From Clostridiales bacterium (lineage in GTDB: Bacteria; Bacillota; Clostridia; Christensenellales; Borkfalkiaceae): a stretch of 64,000 nt of DNA. The stretch spans positions 10,506 to 74,505 of the forward strand of contig SVHP01000001.1 of the NCBI GenBank assembly GCA_015055735.1, read 5' to 3'. This document shows positions 45,138-53,400 of the stretch, piece after piece. Position 1 is the first letter of the stretch, and the number at the start of each line of letters is the position of its first letter. Under the pieces are notes generated by a model, which saw only the letters and a list, made by a program, of their open reading frames with translations, made no database searches and was not told the DNA's origin. The translations under genes were made by a program, and so were the position numbers.

Positions 45138-46235
45138 ATGAAACTAGGTGTAGTAGGACTACCAAACGTAGGAAAATCAACGCTATTTAACGCTATAACA
45201 CACGCAGGCGCAGAATGCGCAAACTATCCGTTCTGTACGATAGAACCAAACGTAGGCATCGTTGCAGTGCCTGATGAAAGATTAGAAGTGTTAGGTAAAT
45301 TATACAATACAAAAAAAATTACCCCAGCAGTAGTAGAATTCGTAGATATTGCAGGGTTAGTTAAAGGCGCAAGCAAAGGCGAAGGTCTTGGCAATAAGTT
45401 CTTAGCAAACATTAGAGAAACGGACGCTATCGTTCACGTAGTTCGTTGCTTTGACGATGAAAACGTCACTCACGTAGATAGCGATATCGATCCTTTAAGA
45501 GATATTGAAACTATCAACTTAGAACTTATCTTTGCAGATACTGAAAGCATTAAAAAGAGATACGATAAAGCCCTTTCTATGGTTAAGACGGGCGACAAAA
45601 AATACAAGATTGAAGCAGAGTTTTTAGAAAGACTTTATAAACATTTAGAAGACTTAAAACCTGCTAGAACTCTCGATTGTAGCGAAGAAGAAAAAGAATA
45701 TCTAAATTCACTTTTCTTAATCACTGCAAAGCCTGTTATCTATACTGCTAATATCGGCGAAAAAGATATGGGTAAAGATGAAAGCACTCTCCCACTCGTT
45801 CAAAAGGTTATCGATTTTGCTAAACAAGAAAATTCTGAATATATGGTTATTTGCGCTAAAACCGAAGAAGAACTTTCTATGCTAGAACCTGACGAACAAC
45901 AAATGTTTTTAGAAGAATTAGGCTTAAAAGAAAGTGGTCTTGATAGACTTGTTAAAACTTCTTATAGGCTTTTAGGTTTAATCAGTTATCTTACTGCAGG
46001 CGAAAAGGAAGTTCGTGCTTGGACTATTGAAAAAGGCACTAAAGCCCCACAAGCAGCCGGCAAAATCCACACTGACTTTGAAAAAGGCTTTATCCGTGCC
46101 GAAATCGTTGACTACGATATTTTAGTCGAACTCGGCTCGTTCAACGCCGCAAAAGAAAAAGGCAAGGTCCGTTCTGAAGGTAAAGAATACGTTATGCAAG
46201 ACAGCGACGTAGTTCTCTTTAGATTTAACGTTTAA
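45138..46235 (+). CDS. ychF: Redox-regulated ATPase YchF
   Basis: GLPNVGKSTLFNA, the Obg-like G domain, and a C-terminal TGS-like domain. 365 aa. Confidence 0.93.
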   Translation: MKLGVVGLPNVGKSTLFNAITHAGAECANYPFCTIEPNVGIVAVPDERLEVLGKLYNTKKITPAVVEFVDIAGLVKGASKGEGLGNKFLANIRETDAIVHVVRCFDDENVTHVDSDIDPLRDIETINLELIFADTESIKKRYDKALSMVKTGDKKYKIEAEFLERLYKHLEDLKPARTLDCSEEEKEYLNSLFLITAKPVIYTANIGEKDMGKDESTLPLVQKVIDFAKQENSEYMVICAKTEEELSMLEPDEQQMFLEELGLKESGLDRLVKTSYRLLGLISYLTAGEKEVRAWTIEKGTKAPQAAGKIHTDFEKGFIRAEIVDYDILVELGSFNAAKEKGKVRSEGKEYVMQDSDVVLFRFNV

Positions 46236-46256
46236 TAAATATTATTGATAACAATT

Positions 46257-46295
46257 AGCACGCAACTTTTGTTAAAGTTGCGTGCTTGTTTTTGT
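46257..46295 (+). terminator. Intrinsic terminator after ychF
   Basis: AGCACGCAACTTT pairs with AAAGTTGCGTGCT, followed by TGTTTTTG. Confidence 0.7.
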
Positions 46296-46441
46296 ATAAA
46301 ATTATAATCAAAAAGCTTCACTATTTACTAATAGGACACTCGTTCGTTTGCCTTGCAAACTACCGAGGACTTTGCTTGATTTTAATTGCCCGTCAAGGCG
46401 TCCGAACGATAGGTTCGATGCTACTACTATTCCCTACTAAA

Positions 46442-46469
46442 TAAAAAAGGGCAAGTCAGTTTAACTTGC
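46442..46469 (-). terminator. Intrinsic terminator of the four-helix-bundle gene
   Basis: GCAAGT (46451-46456) pairs with ACTTGC (46464-46469), overlapping the stop codon. On the minus strand it is followed by CCTTTTTTATTT. Confidence 0.55.
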
Positions 46470-46809
46470 TCTTTAAGGTTTTTATTGAGGTTATTAACAA
46501 AATTTTTATTTTTATAACTTTATTATGTAAAAGTTCAAAAATCGACTTTTCAACTAAATTAGAGTTGTTAAGAATTATTAACCAATTTTCTGTTTCGTTT
46601 GCTTCTTTTAATGCTATTTCAAATTTAGAAATCATATCTAAACGGCTTTGGGGATAATTTGCTTCAGCGATATTAGCGCTTATACTTGTACCACTTCTCT
46701 TTATTTGGTCTGCAAATGAATGTTCTTTCTTGTCCCTTAAATTATTTGCAAGTTTAATTACTTTAAGAGCAAACTCTTGTGATAAATTTAGCAATTTATT
46801 TTCTTTCAT
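46456..46809 (-). CDS. Four-helix-bundle protein (23S rRNA intervening-sequence protein / Avd-like family)
   Basis: 117 aa, all-helical. The pattern F..QI.RS..SI.ANIAEA......D....F.IALKEA.ET..WL is typical of this family. Confidence 0.8.
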   Translation of the reverse strand: MKENKLLNLSQEFALKVIKLANNLRDKKEHSFADQIKRSGTSISANIAEANYPQSRLDMISKFEIALKEANETENWLIILNNSNLVEKSIFELLHNKVIKIKILLITSIKTLKSKLN

Positions 46810-46815
46810 ATCTTT

Positions 46816-46844
46816 ATTATATCATATTCTTAAAATCAAATCAA
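46816..46844 (-). promoter_or_regulatory. Candidate promoter, TTGATT-17-TATAAT, 6 nt from the four-helix-bundle ATG
   Basis: On the minus strand, TTGATT (46839-46844), a 17-nt spacer, TATAAT (46816-46821), then AAAGAT and the ATG. No SD. Confidence 0.45.
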
Positions 46845-46850
46845 CTTATT

Positions 46851-46988
46851 CCACCGTAGTGGTTATAATGTGAGCGAAGCGAACTATCATGTACCTTTGG
46901 TACTATAATTCAAATTCGCTTTATTAACTCGCTATCGCTCGAATGATAGTCACTATCGTGACATTATAATCATATTCATGCGAATTTG
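46851..46988. repeat. Cluster of interleaved inverted repeats between tRNA-Gln and the four-helix-bundle gene
   Basis: Complementary pairs:
- TTATAATGT (46863-71) with ACATTATAA (46961-69)
- GAGCGAAGCGA (46872-82) with TCGCTATCGCTC (46929-40)
- ACTATCAT (46883-90) with ATGATAGT (46943-50)
- CAAATTCGC (46911-19) with GCGAATTTG (46980-88)
Local hairpins: GTACC/GGTAC, GATAGT/ACTATC, CCAC/GTGG. Confidence 0.55.
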
Positions 46989-46992
46989 ATAT

Positions 46993-47022
46993 AAAAAAGA
47001 ACACATAAATTGTGTTCTTTTT
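46993..47022. terminator. Intrinsic terminator after tRNA-Gln (bidirectional shape)
   Basis: AGAACACA (46998-47005) pairs with TGTGTTCT (47011-47018). Flanked by A and T runs. Confidence 0.65.
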
Positions 47023-47098
47023 TGGCAGGGGTAATAGGATTCGAACCTATGAAATGACGGAGTCAGAGTCCGTGGCCTTACCGCTTGGCGATACCCCT
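47023..47098 (-). tRNA. tRNA-Gln (anticodon CUG), CCA encoded
   Basis: Minus strand reads AGGGGTA TC GCCAAGCGGTAAGGC C ACGGA CTCTGAC TCCGT CATTTC ATAGG TTCGAAT CCTAT TACCCCT G CCA. The cloverleaf folds by hand, with anticodon loop CU-CUG-AC. Confidence 0.9.
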
Positions 47099-47130
47099 AT
47101 TGCGTTTGCATTTTGAAAGCAAACGTGTTT

Positions 47131-47871
47131 TTATAAATCTTTATCGTTTATATCTATAATTATTCCTTGCGTTTTCTTATAACTAACTAATGCTTGTTTA
47201 TAATTATCTTTTTGCTCTATTCTTTCAAAATTACCTTTCAATAAAAAATCAGTTAGTTCCCTATTCGTGTTTATTTCTTCAGGTATATAAATACCCGCAG
47301 TTATAGGTTGGTCAGCATGATGAAAGTCCGTACCCGACATCTTAATCAAATTATGTCTATCGCAAAATTCGTTTGCCAAAGCATTTTTATTTCTATGATG
47401 ATAATGTCCGTTAAAACTTTCAGCGCCGTGTAAATACTGTGGATTACCTGCAGTTACCCCATCTCTAAACGGATGAGTTTGATACATAAAAAGATTATAT
47501 TCTTGGCTTAAATCAAACAATTCCTTTTGCGTTAAATCATATAGTTTTGGATAACGGTACAAAAACTCTTTATCAAAACCGTACAACATAAACTCGGTGT
47601 TAATGCAAAGCAATCTAGTTTCAAGTCCGTAAAAAATTTTCAAGCCGTGTTTTTGCCCTAAATCTTGCGCTTGGTTGATTAAATCAAAATAATATTCGAC
47701 ATAGCCCTTATCTGTTTTATCGCTAAACGCATCAAAACTATTTTTACAATAGTGATTAGTAACAACTATTGCACCATAGCCTGCCTTTTTATACTCTAAA
47801 ATAATATTTTCGGTAGTCCAATCAGCACAATAACTGCCCCCTGTATGAGCGTGAGTTTCAAGTTTAATCAT
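47131..47871 (-). CDS. PHP (polymerase/histidinol phosphatase) domain protein
   Basis: N-terminal ETHAHTGGS, VVTNH, and later H-rich motifs (THPFRD, NGHYHH, GTDFHH). Confidence 0.75.
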   Translation of the reverse strand: MIKLETHAHTGGSYCADWTTENIILEYKKAGYGAIVVTNHYCKNSFDAFSDKTDKGYVEYYFDLINQAQDLGQKHGLKIFYGLETRLLCINTEFMLYGFDKEFLYRYPKLYDLTQKELFDLSQEYNLFMYQTHPFRDGVTAGNPQYLHGAESFNGHYHHRNKNALANEFCDRHNLIKMSGTDFHHADQPITAGIYIPEEINTNRELTDFLLKGNFERIEQKDNYKQALVSYKKTQGIIIDINDKDL

Positions 47872-48455
47872 AAATAACAGCCTAGCTCCCCAAAAACATC
47901 TTTTTGTATAAGTTTATTAACGCATAAATACACTGCAATCGTATCAAATCTAGCATCGTGAAAACCTATATCTTGACCGTAAAAGTCGTTTGAAACCTTT
48001 TGAATTTCACTATCGCTAACGCCCGAAAAAGCACAAAGTTCTTGCAATTTAGGGTATTTATAACCGTTCCCACTACTACGCTTTAAACAACAAATAGGCG
48101 TTGTTTTTTTCATGGAACAAAATTCGTTTTTGACCTTAAAAACTTGATTTAATCTTTCGTATTCAGTGCGCATAAACGAAAAGTCAAACGCCACGTTATG
48201 AGCCACTATCAAGTCTGCATTTTCAAAATCGGTCTTAATTTGATCAAAAAAATCAGCAAATCTTTTCCCGTTAGAAAGAAACTCTAGTTTTTGCTTTGAA
48301 AAGCCGTGCACCATTTGTGCGCTAGGCTCTACATAATCGACCGTAAAGAAAAAGTTCTTACCCACTACTTTTTCTTTAGTTTGTAAAATATAAGATAATT
48401 GACAAATTTGACCAGGATGAAGCCCCGTCGTTTCCGTATCAAAATATAAAATCAT
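47868..48455 (-). CDS. DnaQ-like 3'-5' exonuclease
   Basis: Exo motifs ILYFDTETTGL, AHNVAFDFSF, HDARFDT. Its stop overlaps the PHP gene start by 4 nt. Confidence 0.8.
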   Translation of the reverse strand: MILYFDTETTGLHPGQICQLSYILQTKEKVVGKNFFFTVDYVEPSAQMVHGFSKQKLEFLSNGKRFADFFDQIKTDFENADLIVAHNVAFDFSFMRTEYERLNQVFKVKNEFCSMKKTTPICCLKRSSGNGYKYPKLQELCAFSGVSDSEIQKVSNDFYGQDIGFHDARFDTIAVYLCVNKLIQKDVFGELGCYL

Positions 48456-48493
48456 ATTTTAGTAGAATTAAATATACAACTCGATTTATAAAA

Positions 48494-48517
48494 GGCAAAA
48501 CGACTTATCGTTTTGCC
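48494..48517 (-). terminator. Intrinsic terminator after the lipoprotein gene
   Basis: GGCAAAACGA (48494-48503) pairs with TCGTTTTGCC (48508-48517). On the minus strand it is followed by TTTTAT. Confidence 0.6.
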
Positions 48518-48526
48518 CTTCGTTTT

Positions 48527-50365
48527 TTATCCTTCAATTAAATCTTTATAAACTTCTGGATATCTTACTACGAGTTCCGTATTGTTTACGTAATCGTTGA
48601 TAATTTTTTGTTCTGTAATGCTAAATTGTTTATTAGCAATGTTCGTTGCAAGATTGCCGTGTAATACGTACAAGTAATTATTTGTATTTTCGTATTCGTC
48701 CCAATCTTTTAACATTTCTTTAAGTTCAGCTTCCCAAGTAGTAACACCTTCGCTCATCTTAAATTCTTTATCCAAGTATGATTCTAGCGTTGGGTAATCA
48801 TAAGACGCAAAACTTTCAGAGAAGAACATAATGTGATAACCGTAATTTGTTGCAGCAATCTTGAAAGTATTTTCGCTTGCATTTATAAGTTCTCTACCAG
48901 TAAGAGCAAATTCTTCAGCCCAAGAATTAGTTACGTTATCTTTTTCAGGTTTAATTGCATAACCCTTGTATGCATTTAACGCAGTATCGCTATCGTCTTG
49001 AGAGAAAGCAAACATCAATTCTTTAATTCTATCGTCAAAGTTATCTTTAACAGTAGTTGCCGTATAAGTAACGTTATCTAAAGTCGTTGCAGTTCCATCA
49101 TATAAATATTCGTTTACGAAAGCGATAAATTCATTATACGACATCTTTGTAGTATCTTCTACTCTATATTCAGCCTTATAATCTTTATCTTCTTTATCAG
49201 CGCCGTTAAGTAAAGTTACAGTACCACCGAAAGGAATACTATCTTCACAAAGAGCGTAATCGCCAGTAAACTTTTCACCGTCAAAATCATAACCTTGTGC
49301 AATCCAAGAACTTCTTAAATCGGTTACAGTGATGTTTGCGAACACTTGGTTTCTCTTTTCTGCAATTTGTTCTTCCTTAAGGTTTGGCGTTTTTTCAAAT
49401 TCGGTCATTTCAGCGAGCATATCGTCGTCAGCCTTTAGAAGAACGTGATATACCATACCATAACCGTTTCTGCCATATAGAATTGGAGATGAAGCGCTGA
49501 TGCTATCTACTAAAGCGCCGAATTCAGCACCTGATTCTTTGATAGCCGCTTGCTTTTGGTTGTTATAAATTCTTTCGTATTCAGCTTGAACGTCTTGATA
49601 AGAAACCTTTGCACGAGCTTCCGTAATTATTGAGTTTGTATACACTTCAACAACTTTAGCTTCCAAGTTAGCCTTTAAAGTCTTTTTGAAATAATCGGTT
49701 TTAGTAATATCGTTATTATCATATTCGTCGCCTAAAAGGTCGTTATCCTTTAATGCATTGATAGCGTCGGTAAAAGCAGCCATTCTATCAGCAACGCTGA
49801 AATTATCGATAAATTCTTGCTTCTCTGTATCGGTCACATCATCGTCGTTAGTAGCACCTGTTGGAACAACTCTAGCCGTACCGTCAAAAGTATCTTGACG
49901 TTTTTCTTCTTCGTCTTCTTCAGCGTAAGAATCGATCAAATCGTCAACTGATTTATAAGTAGAATATTTAGCATCTAATTCTTCTAGATCAGAAAGGAAA
50001 TTTTCTAGATATTCGTTATACTTAGATAAATCGTTCCAATCGCTTGGTTTAGCGTAATTGTTATCCATTTCATCTAATGCAAATTGAATCAATACTCTAT
50101 TATTGATTAAACTTGATAAGATACCGTCAAGAGTATCTTGAGTAAGTTCAGCGCCTTGGTATTGATAATTGTTCATATAAGCAGTGATAAGATCTCTCTT
50201 ATAAATCACGTCTTTAGGAGCGTTTTCATTAATTTGAACGGTCGCTACCACTTGCGATAAATCTCTTGCGTTATTCGTTGTCACAAGACTGCAACCAAAA
50301 AGACTAGAAATGCCCATTACCATAACTATCATAATGGTTACTATTGCAACTTTAATTTTTCTCAT
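48527..50365 (-). CDS. Lipoprotein, SurA/PrsA-like (degenerate parvulin-type foldase)
   Basis: Lipobox SSLFGC after a hydrophobic signal. GYHIMF and GMVYHVLL resemble parvulin PPIase cores. A foldase commonly sits downstream of mfd in Clostridia. Confidence 0.55.
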   Translation of the reverse strand: MRKIKVAIVTIMIVMVMGISSLFGCSLVTTNNARDLSQVVATVQINENAPKDVIYKRDLITAYMNNYQYQGAELTQDTLDGILSSLINNRVLIQFALDEMDNNYAKPSDWNDLSKYNEYLENFLSDLEELDAKYSTYKSVDDLIDSYAEEDEEEKRQDTFDGTARVVPTGATNDDDVTDTEKQEFIDNFSVADRMAAFTDAINALKDNDLLGDEYDNNDITKTDYFKKTLKANLEAKVVEVYTNSIITEARAKVSYQDVQAEYERIYNNQKQAAIKESGAEFGALVDSISASSPILYGRNGYGMVYHVLLKADDDMLAEMTEFEKTPNLKEEQIAEKRNQVFANITVTDLRSSWIAQGYDFDGEKFTGDYALCEDSIPFGGTVTLLNGADKEDKDYKAEYRVEDTTKMSYNEFIAFVNEYLYDGTATTLDNVTYTATTVKDNFDDRIKELMFAFSQDDSDTALNAYKGYAIKPEKDNVTNSWAEEFALTGRELINASENTFKIAATNYGYHIMFFSESFASYDYPTLESYLDKEFKMSEGVTTWEAELKEMLKDWDEYENTNNYLYVLHGNLATNIANKQFSITEQKIINDYVNNTELVVRYPEVYKDLIEG

Positions 50366-50481
50366 ATATATTATCTCCCAATTTAAGTATTGATTATGTA
50401 TACCCGTAAATTATATACTATCTTTCAAAAAAATGCAACCGTTTATTTGATTTTTTTATGCAAAAAGTGAAATTTACTTTG

Positions 50482-53400
50482 TTAATTTGCAAATATCAAG
50501 AAACTTTTTATTTGAAATAGGGTTTGTTCGTTAGTTTGACCGTTTTTCTCGAACTCCAAAGTAGGCTCTACGCTCATAGAAATTTTAACTATTTCGTTAA
50601 ATTCGTCTATTGCTCTAGTCAACTTTTGGTTAGCCAAAACTGAAAAATCATTTAGAACGAGTTTTGCTTGTTCACGATTTATAACTACCATTTTAACACC
50701 AAGTTTCATAGCGAGCAATTTAACCACGGCAATATTGATTAAGTTATCAGCTTCGTCAGGTAACCTTCCGTAAGTTTCCTGCATCATTTCTCTAAATTCC
50801 TTTTCGGCTTCTAAGGAAGAAATCTCAGCAATTTCCTTATACGCATCCATTCTAGTTATGCTACTTTCTATATATTTATCGGGAATAAACGCCGTCACTC
50901 TAATATCTAGTTCAGGCATAATTTCTTCCTTTCCAGAAATTTCTTCTCTCAAAAGTTTAGAGTACAATTCATACCCTATCTTTTCCATATGTCCGTGCTG
51001 TTCAGCGCCTAAAATATTGCCTGCGCCACGAATTTCCAAATCTCGCATAGCGATCTTTATTCCACTACCCATTTCGGCAAACTCGACTATTGCGTTAAGC
51101 CTTTCAAAAGCTGTATCGGTAAGAATTTTTTCACGCTTAAATGTAAAATACGCATAAGCAAGCCTATCGCTTCTACCGACACGCCCTTTTAGTTGATAAA
51201 GGGTAGAAAGACCTAACCTATCGGCGTCTATAACTATTATCGTATTAGCCTTTGGCAGATCTATTCCGTTTTCGATAATGGTGGTGGAAATAAGCACGTC
51301 CGTTTGACCTTGATAAAAGCCCATGACGTTAGTTTCCATAGTCTTTTCTTCCATTTGACCGTGAACTACGGTAAATTTTAAGTTTGGTAAAATGCTTTTT
51401 ATTCTATCGGCAAAATTGAAAATACTATCTACTCTATTGTATAGTATAAACGCTTGCCCACCCCTATTTATTTCTCTCGTTATAGCGTCTTTAATGAGCA
51501 TATCGCTCTCTTCGGTAACGTAAGTTTGCACGGGAAGACGCTTTTTCGGTGGTGTATTTATAGTACTTATCGACCTAATACCCGACAACGACATATGCAA
51601 AGTTCTAGGAATAGGCGTTGCCGTTAAAGTAATGGCGTCTACGTTGGTTTTTAACAGTTTAATTTTTTCTTTATGCTCAACGCCGAAACGCTGTTCTTCG
51701 TCCAAAACCAAAAGCCCCAAATCCTTAAATTCCACGTCTTTACTTAGCAATCTATGCGTGCCGATTATAAAATCGATAGAGCCGTCCTTTAACCCTGCGA
51801 TTATCTCGCCTTGCTGTTTTGGAGTTTTAAATCTATTCAAAACTGCAATCTTAACCCCAAAGTCCTTAAATCTTTGGACTGCCGTATTATAATGCTGTTC
51901 GGTCAAGATTGTGGTTGGCGCAAGCATTGCCACTTGCTTGCCAGAAACGATAGCACGGAACACTGCACGAAAAGCCACTTCCGTCTTTCCAAACCCAACG
52001 TCACCACACACTAGCCTATCCATAACTCGACTGCTAGTCATGTCCTTACAAATATCTTGATTTGCTTGAACTTGGTCGGGTGTATCTTCAAACGGGAAAG
52101 AGCCTTCGAACACCGATTGAAGTTCTTTATCTTCAGTGAACTTAAAGCCTTTTTGTTCGTCACGCTCTTGATAAAGCCTTTTTAGGTCGAAAGACATCTT
52201 TTTAATGCTTTCCTTGACCCTAGCTTTTACCCTTTCAAAATCCTTACCACCTATTTTAGAAAGTTTAGGCTTTTTCTCGCCACCTAAATATCTAGTTAAA
52301 ATATCCATTTGTTCAACAGGAACGTATAGGATATCCCCACCGGCGTATTCAACGGCTACGTAATCTTTAGTGCCTTCGGTTGACGAAAGTTTTTTATTGC
52401 CTAAAACTCTACCGACCCCGTGAACTTCGTGAACGCAGTAATCGCCGACTTCTGGCGCAGTAAAGAAATTTTGTTTTTTGCTTTTTAGTTTTCTAGCCGA
52501 AACGGGCTTAGAAAACAAGTTGCCACTTCCTATAACTACTGCCTTTTGCTCGTGAAAAATAAAACCACGAGTAAGTTTTTGCAGTTTAATATCCACGCCT
52601 AAAAGTTTGCTGTTGCTATTTTCTATAGAGCAAGCAATCCCCCTAGCGAATAGTTCGTGACTAAAATTTTCAGCCCTTTTAAGATCGCCCGTGCAGACGG
52701 TTATAGAATACCCCGACTTTAGCCAGTTATCTATATCTTGGAACACTTCCTTAAAATCCAACTGATAATCGGCAACTGCGCTATTTGAAGGGTTAATAAT
52801 CTTTAAAGGATTAAAAAATGGAATAATGGTAGAAAGCGTTTGAACTGCGCACACCCTAAATTTTTTGACTTTTTCTATAAGTTCTTCAATGCTCATAAAG
52901 TTTTTTTGAGCAAATGAGAAAACTTCCCCACCTTGGTTTAGAGAATTAAATCTTTCGGTAAATTCCGTTCTGTTAAGGCTAGCAATTTCGTGAATTCTCT
53001 TGCTTTCGTCAAAAATAACGACGGTGTTTTTATCTAACAAATCAAAAACAGTTCCACAATCTTTGGATAAAACGCTTAAAACGTTTAATCCGTCAAAATC
53101 GCCCTTTTCCATAAGAAGACAAATATCGTCGTACAACTCTCTCCTTCTTCTCTTTTGTTCTTTAGAACTGTCTTCTATTTCCTTTTGTAAAATACGCTTA
53201 AAATCATCAAAACTATCGTCGTTATAAACGAATTCAGTCGTTTGTAAAACACTAGCGCTATCGACGTACCCCAAATTCTCTCTCGTATCCACGTCATACT
53301 TTTTAATGGCTTCAATGTTATCGCCAAAAAAGTCAATTCTAATTGCACAGTCCATATTGATAGGATAAAGATCGATAATATCTCCCCTAACTGCAAAAGT

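Noticed and set aside
46395-46440. A second tRNA or tRNA pseudogene on the plus strand, suggested by GGTTCGAT
   Set aside because: No T-stem, anticodon arm or acceptor pairing can be drawn. Only a 10-nt identity to the tRNA-Gln T-arm is present. It is reported as a fragment, not a gene.
46321-46990. rRNA-type intervening sequence with a long terminal stem enclosing the four-helix-bundle ORF
   Set aside because: The left (46321-46450) and right (46815-46990) flanks are not complementary to each other. No rRNA sequence is present in the window.
46236-47022. Diversity-generating retroelement, because the four-helix-bundle protein belongs to the Avd-like family
   Set aside because: There is no reverse transcriptase ORF anywhere nearby and no template/variable repeat pair with adenine-specific differences.
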